32,288 bases of DNA from an uncultured archaeon (GTDB lineage Archaea; Aenigmatarchaeota; Aenigmatarchaeia; CG10238-14; SCSR01). Made by a program: the position numbers and the translations under genes. Location of the stretch: contig CAYYER010000001.1 of NCBI GenBank assembly GCA_964471045.1, positions 1-32,288 of the forward strand. The letters are read 5' to 3'. The notes under the pieces were generated by a model. The model saw only the letters and a list, made by a program, of their open reading frames with translations, ran no database searches and was not told the origin of the DNA. Of this stretch, positions 25,501 to 32,288 are shown piece after piece (the stretch's first letter is position 1; each line of letters begins with the position of its first letter).

Positions 25501-26168
25501 ATCAAAACCTTATCTATGTTTTTTCTCGACTTAAGGAAAGAATCGACGTCATCTATAAAAATGAAATCAAAATTGTTGGACCTTATGCTTTCAAAGTTGT
25601 TTATCAAAAACCTTTCTGTAGAGATTAGAATCTTGAAGTTACCATTTCTAATCCTTTCCAAGCATTCTTCCTTTTCCCTTTTCTTCATGGTTGCAAGATA
25701 GTAGACAAAATCGAAATCCATTCCTAACTTTTCAGCCAATTCCTCTACCTTTCTTGCTAGCTGCTCTACTAGAATGCTAGTTGGAACTATTATATAGCTC
25801 TTCTTGTTTTTGAGGGAAATGAAAAGAGCGTACAATAGACCTAGGGAAGTTTTTCCTACTCCCGTGGGCGCGACTAGAGAAAAGGACCTTCTAAGCATTA
25901 TCCTCCTTATCCAAACTTGCTGCAAGGACCACATCCTTTGTCCAATAGCTCTTTTAAAAAATTTGGAGAATTCTTCATAGCTTTTTTCTAGCTCTAGCAG
26001 ACTCTTATAATTCCAAAGCTTGTTTTCCTTAGTCAAAACTTTAAAAATTTCTTTTCTTTTTTGCGGGATCGATGGAACACAATTCTCGCATAAACCTAGC
26101 TTGAGCAGTCTTTCATCCGAAATTCTTCCGTTGCAGTTTAGACAAAGGGAATTGTAGTAAGCTCTCAT
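22566..26168 (-). CDS. rgy: reverse gyrase (helicase-like domain fused to type IA topoisomerase), 1200 aa
   Basis: N-terminal Zn finger CLNC..CENC, Walker A APTGVGKT, DDVD box, TOPRIM LIVESPTKAKTIAKFFG and DPDAEGEKIA, second Zn finger CLKC..CPKC, catalytic Tyr context ITYHRTDS. Confidence 0.95.
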   Translation of the reverse strand: MRAYYNSLCLNCNGRISDERLLKLGLCENCVPSIPQKRKEIFKVLTKENKLWNYKSLLELEKSYEEFSKFFKRAIGQRMWSLQQVWIRRIMLRRSFSLVAPTGVGKTSLGLLYALFISLKNKKSYIIVPTSILVEQLARKVEELAEKLGMDFDFVYYLATMKKREKEECLERIRNGNFKILISTERFLINNFESIRSNNFDFIFIDDVDSFLKSRKNIDKVLICLGFSEEIVNDSLRLLELRKELNKLKKMKASTKKISKEIERIRKRVEEFKLRNKIGILVVSGATTKAKRTKRVKLFKELLGFELGYLPQFLRNIRDFYKESKELEKDTLEIIRKFGSGCLIFVPMEKGKAYAKNLAEYLKTNGINSYVYEKMEEDILENFENGFYDCLVGVASFRSPLARGIDLPERIRYVIFAGVPRFEIRLSAKEFNPTKLLTLIKNIREFFDEKTKEKIDDLIAQLKKIIPLSKEMIQKIEEACSNNLSLEGFEGFAQKIIIKTQKFLEKLLTRDLIEKIRKDETISLKEKANEFYLIISDPVAYIQASGRASRLFAGGISRGASILLVDDRKAFNGLVEKLSYFLEDISWESFELKKLARWFKQVDEDRKLIKEISEGKVSKRIKDYIKVALLIVESPTKAKTIAKFFGKPSKRLVGNLTVYETSTGEYILNIVATMGHLYDLIFSEGFHGVLKKENNFYPIYDFIKKCLKCGHQFTEYDSCPKCKSLEIVSKERIVGSLRKIALETNLIFIATDPDAEGEKIAYDLYCSLYPINSKIYRLEFHEITKKAILNAIANKRGINFSLVEAQIVRRIEDRWIGFELSQILWKVFKNRKLSAGRVQTPVLGWIIERTKESWEKKIVLNAKLENNLSIRIEEPKLEFDFREIYKKAREERAKVEVVKEEIRKVYPLPPYTTDALLKDASLKLNFSVNQTMRIAQDLFECGLITYHRTDSTSVSTFGINLAKDYIQKKFGKEFFVGRSYRKEGAHECIRPTRAIDPAKLKDLIFSGRIRFVKVLSEEHCMLYDLIFKRFMASQMREIEVKYQILKIKVFGNDTSLELAVEIIKEGFNRLVHFEVKRRVESGLYRIIFARIKRAPKAWPFSQGEVVGLMKERKIGRPSTYSKIVQVLLERKYVVERRNKLVNTKLGFKVYNFLIKNYGEYISEEVTRRLEAIMDRIEEGKEAYTNVLNELYAEIMRLKAR

Positions 26169-26179
26169 AATAGAAAGAA

Positions 26180-26200
26180 TTAAATTTCAAAATTTATAGT
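26180..26200. promoter_or_regulatory. interleaved divergent TATA elements for rgy and gatD in a 45-nt gap
   Basis: TTAAATTT (26180-26187) is about 27-30 nt from the gatD start. TATAAATT on the minus strand (26191-26198) is about 26 nt from rgy ATG 26168. Each box lies nearer the opposite gene. Confidence 0.35.
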
Positions 26201-26213
26201 TTATTTAGTGGCC

Positions 26214-27563
26214 ATGTACTCGAAAGAAATCGAGAAAATTCTTAAAAAATTTAGGGTTAGAGTTGGGGATAGGATAAAAGTTACTAAAGGTAAGGAAAGT
26301 TATGAAGGAATTCTAATGCCGAGAATAGAATTGGGGGATAAAGATTGCTTGGTTTTAAAGCTGGATAATGGTTATAACTTAGGGATAAAATTCGATAAGA
26401 ATACAAAAATCAAGCTCGTAAAAAAAGGTAGACCTATAAAGCTTAAGCCAGCTAAGGTTAAAACAGAAAAAGATTCTTCCAAGCCAACCGTTTCTATTTT
26501 GGGATGCGGAGGTACAATTGCGGCAAGAGTAGAGTATCTGACAGGGGCAGTTTTTCCTACTTTCTCCCCAAGCGATTTATTGCTATCCTTTCCTCAACTC
26601 AAAGAAATTGCAAACCTTCAAGGAAGAAAACTCTTTGATTTGCTCAGCGAAGACATGACACCCCATCATTGGAAAATAATTGCAAAAGAAGTTGCGAAGG
26701 AAATTAAGCAAAAGGTTGACGGGATTGTCTTAACCCATGGAACGGATACCATGCACTATACGAGTGCTGCTTTAAGCTTCATGCTTCAAAATTTGCCCAT
26801 TCCAGTAGTTCTAACAGGAGCTCAGAGGAGCTCTGATAGAGGGTCTAGTGATAATGCGATGAATTTGATTTGCTCAGTTTTGGCTGCAGCAAAAGGCAAG
26901 GTCGCAGAAGTAATTGTATGCATGCATGGCAGCATAAGCGATGAATTTTGCTACTTGCATCAAGGAACGAAAGTAAGGAAGATGCATACTTCAAGGAGAG
27001 ATACTTTTCGAAGCATTAACGTTTTACCTTTTGGAAAAGTTTTTTGGTTAGAGAAGAAGATTGAGTATTTGAGGAATGATTTCAGAAAGAGGGATAAAAA
27101 AAGGAAGGCTAAGGTTGATACAAAAATTAACCCAAACGTTTGCTTGGTTTACATCCATCCTGGAATTAAGCCCGAGTTTATCGAAAGCCTGAAGAAGTTT
27201 TATGATGGTGTAGTGATAGCTGCTACTGGCTTGGGACATGTGCCAACCAACCCTTTTAAAGACAGATTTACAAAAAGTTTAATACCAGCCTTAAAAAGCC
27301 TAATTGATTCGGGTATACCAGTTGTTGTAGCACCTCAAACAATCTATGGTAGATTGGATTTGAACGTCTATACTGCTGGAAGGTTGTTGAATGAGGTTGG
27401 AGTCATAGGAAATTATTGTGACTGGCTGCCAGAGGTTGCTTTAGTGAAGCTGATGTGGGTTTTGGGTCATACAAGAAATATGAAAAAAGTTAAGGAGTTA
27501 ATGCTAACTAATCTGGCTGGAGAAATTTCTGAGAGAAGCGAGGAAAGAGGATTTTTGGTGTAG
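26214..27563 (+). CDS. gatD: Glu-tRNA(Gln) amidotransferase subunit D (asparaginase-like)
   Basis: N-terminal beta domain, then asparaginase motifs GCGGTIA and LTHGTDTM, and GLGH. ATG 26214 (GTG 26208 also possible). Confidence 0.88.
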   Translation: MYSKEIEKILKKFRVRVGDRIKVTKGKESYEGILMPRIELGDKDCLVLKLDNGYNLGIKFDKNTKIKLVKKGRPIKLKPAKVKTEKDSSKPTVSILGCGGTIAARVEYLTGAVFPTFSPSDLLLSFPQLKEIANLQGRKLFDLLSEDMTPHHWKIIAKEVAKEIKQKVDGIVLTHGTDTMHYTSAALSFMLQNLPIPVVLTGAQRSSDRGSSDNAMNLICSVLAAAKGKVAEVIVCMHGSISDEFCYLHQGTKVRKMHTSRRDTFRSINVLPFGKVFWLEKKIEYLRNDFRKRDKKRKAKVDTKINPNVCLVYIHPGIKPEFIESLKKFYDGVVIAATGLGHVPTNPFKDRFTKSLIPALKSLIDSGIPVVVAPQTIYGRLDLNVYTAGRLLNEVGVIGNYCDWLPEVALVKLMWVLGHTRNMKKVKELMLTNLAGEISERSEERGFLV

Positions 27564-27566
27564 AGA

Positions 27567-27950
27567 ATGAGATTCAAATTTGGTGCAATCCAAATTTTTG
27601 TTTCGGACCTAGAAAAAGCAAAGAAATGGTACGAAGAAAAACTCGGGTTTGGAATAATAGAAGAGTTAAGAGAGTATAAATGCGCGCTAATGGAATTTGA
27701 TGGAATAGAGTTTGACATATGCGAGCCAAACCCAAGCTGGGAAGAGGGTTGGGAAGAATATAAAGAGAAAATAGGTAGGCATATTGGGGTAATTTTCGAG
27801 ACGGATGACATAGAAAGTTTGGTTAAAGAATTGGAAGAAAGAGGAGTTAAATTCGTTAAGCTGCCCGAGGAAAAGCCTTGGGGAGAGATAAGGGCTACTT
27901 TTGTAGACTTGGATGGAAATAGCTTTGATATTCTTCAGGTGAAGAAATGA
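27567..27950 (+). CDS. VOC-family (glyoxalase/bleomycin-resistance fold) protein, 127 aa
   Basis: IFVSDLEKAKKWYEEKLGF and PWGEIRATFVDLDGNSFDILQ are typical VOC N- and C-terminal blocks. 3-nt gap after gatD and ATGA overlap with gatE. Confidence 0.7.
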   Translation: MRFKFGAIQIFVSDLEKAKKWYEEKLGFGIIEELREYKCALMEFDGIEFDICEPNPSWEEGWEEYKEKIGRHIGVIFETDDIESLVKELEERGVKFVKLPEEKPWGEIRATFVDLDGNSFDILQVKK

Positions 27951-29410
27951 ACAAAGTAGATTATAAAAAGCTTGAGTTAAAAGCTGGGTTGGAAATTCAT
28001 CTGCAGTTGAATACAAAGCATAAGCTCTTCTGCAACTGTTTAACTACTATGCAAGAAAAAGAACCCATAGCAATAGTAAAAAGAAAGTTACATCCTGTAG
28101 CTAGCGAGCTTGGAGAGATAGATGTAGCTGCTCAGTATGAGTATCTGAGAAATAGAACATTCTATTACCAAGTTTTTAAAAACGAGACTTGTTTGATTGA
28201 TTTGGATGAAGAACCACCTTTACCCTTAAATAGAGAAGCTTTGGAAATTGCTCTGCAAATTGCCCTATTATTCAACTGTTCTATACCAGAAGAAATTCAT
28301 GTGATGAGAAAAACTGTCATAGATGGTAGCACGCCCATGGGATTTCAAAGAACTATGATGGTTGGAAGGAATGGTTGTCTAAAGTATAAAAATAGAAAAA
28401 TCGAGATTACGCATGTTGCCTTGGAAGAGGATGCGGCTGCAATAGTTAAGGAAGAAGATGGAAAAGTTACTTATCGTTTGAACAGGCTTGGAATACCGTT
28501 AGTCGAGATTGGCACAGGCTTGCTAACTGATTTTACTCCAGCAGAAATTCAGGAAATCGCTTATCTAATCGGGATAACTTGCAAATCGACGGGAAAAATC
28601 AAGCGAGGTATTGGAAGCATAAGACAAGATTTGAATGTCAGCATAAAAAATGGAGCTAGGGTTGAAATTAAAGGCGTGCAAGAATTAGGAATGATAGCAA
28701 AGGTGATCGAGTTAGAAGTTAGAAGACAGCTAGGGTTGATCGAAAAAGGAGAAAAGGTTAAGGAAGAAACTAGGGCTGCTTTGCCAGATGGTACTACCAA
28801 ATTTTTAAGACCCTTGCCTGGGGCTGCAAGAATGTATCCAGAGACGGACATAGAGCCAATAATAATTTCAAGAAAATATGTTAGAGAATTGAAGAGAAAA
28901 CTACCAGAGCCTTGGACCAAGAAATTGGAAAGATTTAGAAAAAAATTAAAACTATCTGAAGACTTGGCAAAACAGATTTTGAGGTCAGACTGGCTAGATT
29001 TATTCGAGCAAATAGTTAGAACGAAAAAAGTCGAAGCATCCATAGTTGCGAATACGTTCGTTTCTTTGCTTAAAGATTTGAAGAAAAGAGAGAATGTAAA
29101 AATAGAGAATTTAAAAGATGAGCATTTTATCCAGATTTTTGATTTTCTGGCTAAGCATAAAATTGTGAAAGAAGCGATCCCTGAAATTTTGAAGTATTTA
29201 GCGAGAAATCCTGAAAAAAGCGTGGAGGATGCTATCAAAGAGCTTAAGCTTGAAGTTTTGGGGAAGGAAGAATTGGAAAAAATTGTCAAAGAAGCTATCT
29301 CTCCTGATTTGAGTTTTGGAAAAGTAGTTGGGTTGGTTATGAGCAAGGTTAGGGGGAGGGCTAACGCTCAAGATGTAATAAAACTAGTTAAAAAGTTCAT
29401 GAGGAAATGA
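27947..29410 (+). CDS. gatE: Glu-tRNA(Gln) amidotransferase subunit E, short form (487 aa)
   Basis: GLEIHLQL, VIDGSTPMGFQRT (GatE-type rather than GatB-type), LNRLGIPLVEI, RGIGSIRQDLNVS, EIKGVQ, LPGAARMYPETD, and a YqeY-like tail. AGGTGA SD 5 nt upstream. Confidence 0.82.
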   Translation: MNKVDYKKLELKAGLEIHLQLNTKHKLFCNCLTTMQEKEPIAIVKRKLHPVASELGEIDVAAQYEYLRNRTFYYQVFKNETCLIDLDEEPPLPLNREALEIALQIALLFNCSIPEEIHVMRKTVIDGSTPMGFQRTMMVGRNGCLKYKNRKIEITHVALEEDAAAIVKEEDGKVTYRLNRLGIPLVEIGTGLLTDFTPAEIQEIAYLIGITCKSTGKIKRGIGSIRQDLNVSIKNGARVEIKGVQELGMIAKVIELEVRRQLGLIEKGEKVKEETRAALPDGTTKFLRPLPGAARMYPETDIEPIIISRKYVRELKRKLPEPWTKKLERFRKKLKLSEDLAKQILRSDWLDLFEQIVRTKKVEASIVANTFVSLLKDLKKRENVKIENLKDEHFIQIFDFLAKHKIVKEAIPEILKYLARNPEKSVEDAIKELKLEVLGKEELEKIVKEAISPDLSFGKVVGLVMSKVRGRANAQDVIKLVKKFMRK

Positions 29411-29535
29411 TCCTATTAGGGCATGCTTGAGGAAGATATTGAAAGAAGTTAAGATATCGTAGAAAAACATTAGAAAATAAAAAATTGTTTCCAATATTCC
29501 TGCCGTTTAAATATTTATCTTAATTTTCCAAATTC

Positions 29536-29949
29536 TCAATGGATTACTGAAATGAGTAAAAAGGGTATAGCTGGGTTGGTAAGCAATCCCATTAGAAATG
29601 AATATCGATTAATTTGTTTTTTATTTAACTTTATAAACTGAGGTATGAATAATCTAAACACCAAGAAGATTGATACGTAGGAAAGGATAAAGAAAAGATA
29701 ACTTGAGGATGTGAATGAAAAGATGGAGTATAAGATTAAAAAGAGAATTACTTCTATCATACCAACGATGCATGTGTAAGCAAAAATTGGTAGAAAAAGT
29801 TCAGAGATTTTTATTTTTACCCTACTTAGCAAAAGCCAGACTATAAGTAAATTAAAAAAGTAACTAGCCAAAAAAAGGAAAGGGAGAAAAATAATTCCAA
29901 GTAATATCGCTCCTGGCATAAATGCTATATCCAACCCTGTTACTCTCAT
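29536..29949 (-). CDS. small polytopic membrane protein (137 aa, about 4 TM)
   Basis: Hydrophobic segments throughout. ATG at 29949. T-rich tract downstream on its strand (about 29481-29491). Confidence 0.5.
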   Translation of the reverse strand: MRVTGLDIAFMPGAILLGIIFLPFLFLASYFFNLLIVWLLLSRVKIKISELFLPIFAYTCIVGMIEVILFLILYSIFSFTSSSYLFFILSYVSIFLVFRLFIPQFIKLNKKQINRYSFLMGLLTNPAIPFLLISVIH

Positions 29950-29999
29950 AAATAAAACTAGTCTTTTGAATTAATTATTGTTTTACTATTTTTCTATTT

Positions 30000-30614
30000 A
30001 TGGGAACGAACCCGAAAACCAAAAAGGAAAAATTGAGAGAAAAAATTTGGGAGTTGATGGAAGACTTAGGAATAGCAAGATTTCCTCTTCCGATCAAAGG
30101 AAGGATTCCGAACTTTGAGGGTAGCGAGAAAGCTGCAAGGCTAGTTAGAGAGCTTGAAGAATGGAGAAGGGCAAAAATAGTGTTTACAAATCCTGATTCT
30201 CCTCAAAGAAAAATTAGAGAATTTGCTTTAAGAGATGGAAAAATTCTAGTGATGGCATCTCCCAAGCTTAAGCAAGGTTATTTGCTTATTAAACCGGAAA
30301 AAGTTAAGGGTAGAGAAAAATTTGCTTCCACCATAAAAGGAGCATTCAAGTTTGGGGAAAAAGTTAAAGAACTGCCAAAGCCAGACCTTATAGTTACAGG
30401 ATGCGTGGCTGTAGATAAGAATACTTTTTACAGGCTTGGAAAGGGTGGAGGTTATGGGGATAGAGAAATTAAAACTCTCAAAGAAAAATTTGGAGAAATT
30501 CCAGTCCTTACAACCATCCATGAGGTTCAACTTGTTGAAAAAGTTCCTGTAGAGAAGCATGATACAAAAGTTGATATAGTTGTTACTCCAACAAAAGTTA
30601 TTAGGAGAAAATGA
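30000..30614 (+). CDS. 5-formyltetrahydrofolate cyclo-ligase family protein (MTHFS-like)
   Basis: PDLIVTGCVAVD..YRLGKGGGYGDRE matches the family G-x-G-x-G-Y-Y/G-D-R block. C-terminal HD.KVDIVVTP. 204 aa. Confidence 0.7.
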   Translation: MGTNPKTKKEKLREKIWELMEDLGIARFPLPIKGRIPNFEGSEKAARLVRELEEWRRAKIVFTNPDSPQRKIREFALRDGKILVMASPKLKQGYLLIKPEKVKGREKFASTIKGAFKFGEKVKELPKPDLIVTGCVAVDKNTFYRLGKGGGYGDREIKTLKEKFGEIPVLTTIHEVQLVEKVPVEKHDTKVDIVVTPTKVIRRK

Positions 30615-31480
30615 AATGCTACAAATGCAATAAAAAGGCTGTGGTCTTGATTAGAAGAAAAAAATATGCTTGCAAAGAGCATTTTAATCGATGGGTCAGA
30701 GGAAGAGTCGAAAGCGTGATTAGAAAATTTAAGGTAAAAGGAAAGATAGCAGTCGCTATTTCAGGAGGGAAAGATTCTGCCACATGCTTAAAACTTTTAT
30801 CGACTTTCAAAAACTTGCAAATCTTTCCCTTTCACATAAACTTAGGCATTAAAAACTATTCGAGAAATTGTTTAAAGGCTGTTAGAAAAGTATGCAGCGA
30901 ACTTAAGCTCGAGCCCTATATAATTGATTTGAAAAAGGAATACGGGATAACTCTAGATAGGGTAAAGGGAAAGAAGTGTAGCGACTGCGGGACTATAAAA
31001 AGATACTTGAGCAATAAATTTGCTTTTGAGAATAAGTTGGATTGGGTAGCCACCGGTCATAATTTGACGGATGAAGTAGTTTTTATTTTTAATAACCTTC
31101 TCTCTGGCCAAGTATCTCAACTCTTAAGAATAGGCCCAGCTTTGCCGAGCATGAAGGAAAAGAAATTGGTTGGAAGAGTTAAACCACTCTACTTTTTAAT
31201 GGAAAGTGAAACTGAAAAATTTGCTATACTGAATGAAATCCCTTTCTACAGAGGTAAATGTCCTTATTCTAAAGAAGCTCCTACTACTAGCTTAAAAAAG
31301 ATTGTTAAAGTTCTTGAGAAGGATTATCCAGACAAGGTTAGGAATTTGGTCAATTCATTCCTTAGAATAAAAGAAAAATTACCAGAGGAAAGGTTTAAAA
31401 CAAAATTTTGTAAAAAATGCGGCTATCCTTCTCTCGGCAAAATCTGCAAGTTTTGCAGGATAATTCAAGCTTCAGGATAA
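30611..31480 (+). CDS. ttuA: PP-loop ATPase of the TtuA/NcsA tRNA 2-thiolation family
   Basis: N-terminal Zn finger CYKC..CKEH, PP-loop AISGGKDSA, Fe-S ligand candidates CSDCG and GKCPYS, GHNLTDE, C-terminal Zn finger CKKC..CKFC. ATGA overlap with the upstream gene. Confidence 0.75.
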   Translation: MKCYKCNKKAVVLIRRKKYACKEHFNRWVRGRVESVIRKFKVKGKIAVAISGGKDSATCLKLLSTFKNLQIFPFHINLGIKNYSRNCLKAVRKVCSELKLEPYIIDLKKEYGITLDRVKGKKCSDCGTIKRYLSNKFAFENKLDWVATGHNLTDEVVFIFNNLLSGQVSQLLRIGPALPSMKEKKLVGRVKPLYFLMESETEKFAILNEIPFYRGKCPYSKEAPTTSLKKIVKVLEKDYPDKVRNLVNSFLRIKEKLPEERFKTKFCKKCGYPSLGKICKFCRIIQASG

Positions 31481-31980
31481 GCATAGGTAACAAAGCAAAT
31501 CGCAACTATTGCACAACCAAATTTTTTCTGAGGAATAAAACTTCTCAGATGAATTTCTACATCTTTGAGTTCATATCCTTCGCCATACCTTTCCTTAAAC
31601 ATTTCTTCCAACCTTTTTCTAAGTTCAGCTTTTGCCTCAGCTTCATCCAAATTGCCGTTATACTCAGAAACCAGGCCACCAATTTTCTCTCCGTTTTTAT
31701 AGACCCAACCTATTATCAAGCCAGCTGTCAGCCTTTCTCCTTTCTTTCCATCCTGCCTTGCCATTATGGTTTCTAGGACGCAGCCATGCTCGAGCCTTGG
31801 TATTTCTCCTATTTTCTTAGCCTCTTTTGGGAGAATTGAAGTATAAGTAATGATGTTACAATTCTCTATTCCTGCTTGCTTTAAAGCTTTATCGAAAGCT
31901 CCTGGATAGACCGCTACATCGCTTTCCCCAATTCCTGAGGTGATGAAATAGTCTTTTGGAATTCTGTTGCCAAAAATCAT
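31465..31980 (-). CDS. pdaD: pyruvoyl-dependent arginine decarboxylase
   Basis: FITSGIGES..AFDKALKQAGIENCNIITYTSILPKEA aligns by eye with the M. jannaschii PvlArgDC self-cleavage region (..NLIRISSIMPPEA). ATG 31980 is preceded by AGGGTG; the track's GTG at 31989 is less likely. Confidence 0.82.
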   Translation of the reverse strand: MIFGNRIPKDYFITSGIGESDVAVYPGAFDKALKQAGIENCNIITYTSILPKEAKKIGEIPRLEHGCVLETIMARQDGKKGERLTAGLIIGWVYKNGEKIGGLVSEYNGNLDEAEAKAELRKRLEEMFKERYGEGYELKDVEIHLRSFIPQKKFGCAIVAICFVTYAYPEA

Positions 31981-32161
31981 GGCTAACACCCTTACATTAA
32001 GAAGAAGTATTTCTTCTCTCTTTGGAATTTGAATTGTCTCTTCATTTTCCTTTTCGGTTTTTTGATAATTAAGAATATTCAGAGTAAGTATTTAAAGCTA
32101 TCCCTTCTTTTGTAAACCTTTGAATAAATATCCCTAAAACCAAGTATTAAGAGGTGATAAA

Positions 32162-32288
32162 ATGCTTTCTCAAACGCCCATAAGCCTTGAAAAGGTAAAG
32201 AAGGAAGAATTGGATAAAGAGATACTAAGGCTCGGGATGATAGCTGAGTTGGATGCTGTAAACCTCTACGAACAGCTGGCTGCCATGA
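32162..32288 (+). CDS. 5' part of a ferritin-like / rubrerythrin-like (EncFtn-type) protein gene, runs off the window end
   Basis: GAGGTGAT at 32151-32158, 3 nt before the ATG. MLSQTPISLEKVKKEELDKEILRLGMIAELDAVNLYEQLAAM; the E..A..LYE.LA pattern resembles the first helix of ferritin-like di-iron proteins. Confidence 0.45.
   Translation, partial: MLSQTPISLEKVKKEELDKEILRLGMIAELDAVNLYEQLAAM

Noticed and set aside
22566-26168. Split or intein-containing reverse gyrase
   Set aside because: A single uninterrupted 1200-aa frame has helicase and topoisomerase motifs in normal order and spacing. There are no Cys/Ser...HN intein splice-junction blocks.
28561-29346. 261-aa minus-strand ORF antisense to gatE, and similar long antisense ORFs at 2207-2797, 15889-16248, 31417-31776, 27467-27811, 27687-28016, 9316-9624 and 10261-10572
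   Set aside because: All are fully embedded opposite strongly supported genes and translate to low-complexity F/L/S/I-rich sequences. These are the expected mirror image of K/E-rich purine-skewed coding strands, which are depleted in antisense stop codons. They have no start context or motifs.
29411-29535. 125-nt convergent intergenic region examined for tRNA, C/D-box sRNA or a small ORF
   Set aside because: No cloverleaf-capable GC-rich stems and no RUGAUGA/CUGA box pairs. The only ORF is a 9-codon one. The T-rich tract on the minus strand is consistent with a simple archaeal terminator for the 137-aa gene.
32000-32017. Hairpin AGAAGAA-gtat-TTCTTCT upstream of pdaD, and a 17-codon minus-strand uORF (MKRQFKFQREKKYFFLM) ending just before the pdaD SD
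   Set aside because: The 7-bp stem has only two G-C pairs and is unlikely to be stable in a thermophile. The uORF has no SD or conservation evidence and is of a length expected by chance.
1-32288. CRISPR arrays, rRNA/tRNA genes, transposases, integrases, prophage or plasmid modules
   Set aside because: No regularly spaced repeats, no non-coding stretch longer than about 170 nt, and no protein with DDE, tyrosine/serine recombinase, Cas or capsid/terminase-like motifs recognisable by eye.

Overview
Densely packed, visibly AT-rich archaeal chromosomal segment with about 40 protein genes and no non-coding gap longer than about 170 nt. Coding strands are purine-rich and the proteins are K/E/I-rich.

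Lineage markers:
- single-chain reverse gyrase (22566-26168)
- archaeal GatD/GatE amidotransferase (26214-29410)
- ether-lipid cluster of geranylgeranyl reductase, GGGP synthase and glycerol-1-phosphate dehydrogenase (12794-16978)
- pyruvoyl-dependent arginine decarboxylase, two Lrp/AsnC regulators, glutamine synthetase, a TtuA-type PP-loop tRNA thiolase and an OBG-family GTPase

Together these point to a (hyper)thermophilic archaeon with a streamlined genome. I found no rRNA, tRNA, CRISPR array, transposase/integrase or long repeat.

Gene organisation: first genes of operons sit about 25-28 nt downstream of TTTAAA/TTTATA boxes, which suggests leaderless mRNAs. Internal genes use GGTGA-like Shine-Dalgarno motifs and ATGA/TAATG overlaps. 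Six convergent gene pairs abut or overlap.

Best candidate for an undescribed system: the divergent locus 5159-10543.
- Minus strand: two tiny 2-TM proteins (one below the ORF-track cutoff), a 600-aa coiled-coil orphan, and a 596-aa TIM-barrel-like protein with a large insertion.
- Plus strand: two tandem paralogs and an 83-aa protein whose N-terminus (MGIFSRIKGIF) mimics the PspA/ESCRT-III membrane-binding helix.

Second candidate: the five-gene operon 81-3530, with two paralogous nucleotidyltransferase+HEPN-like fusions flanking a small 4-Cys protein, followed by two orphans.

Functional calls rest on motif recognition by eye. No database search was run.
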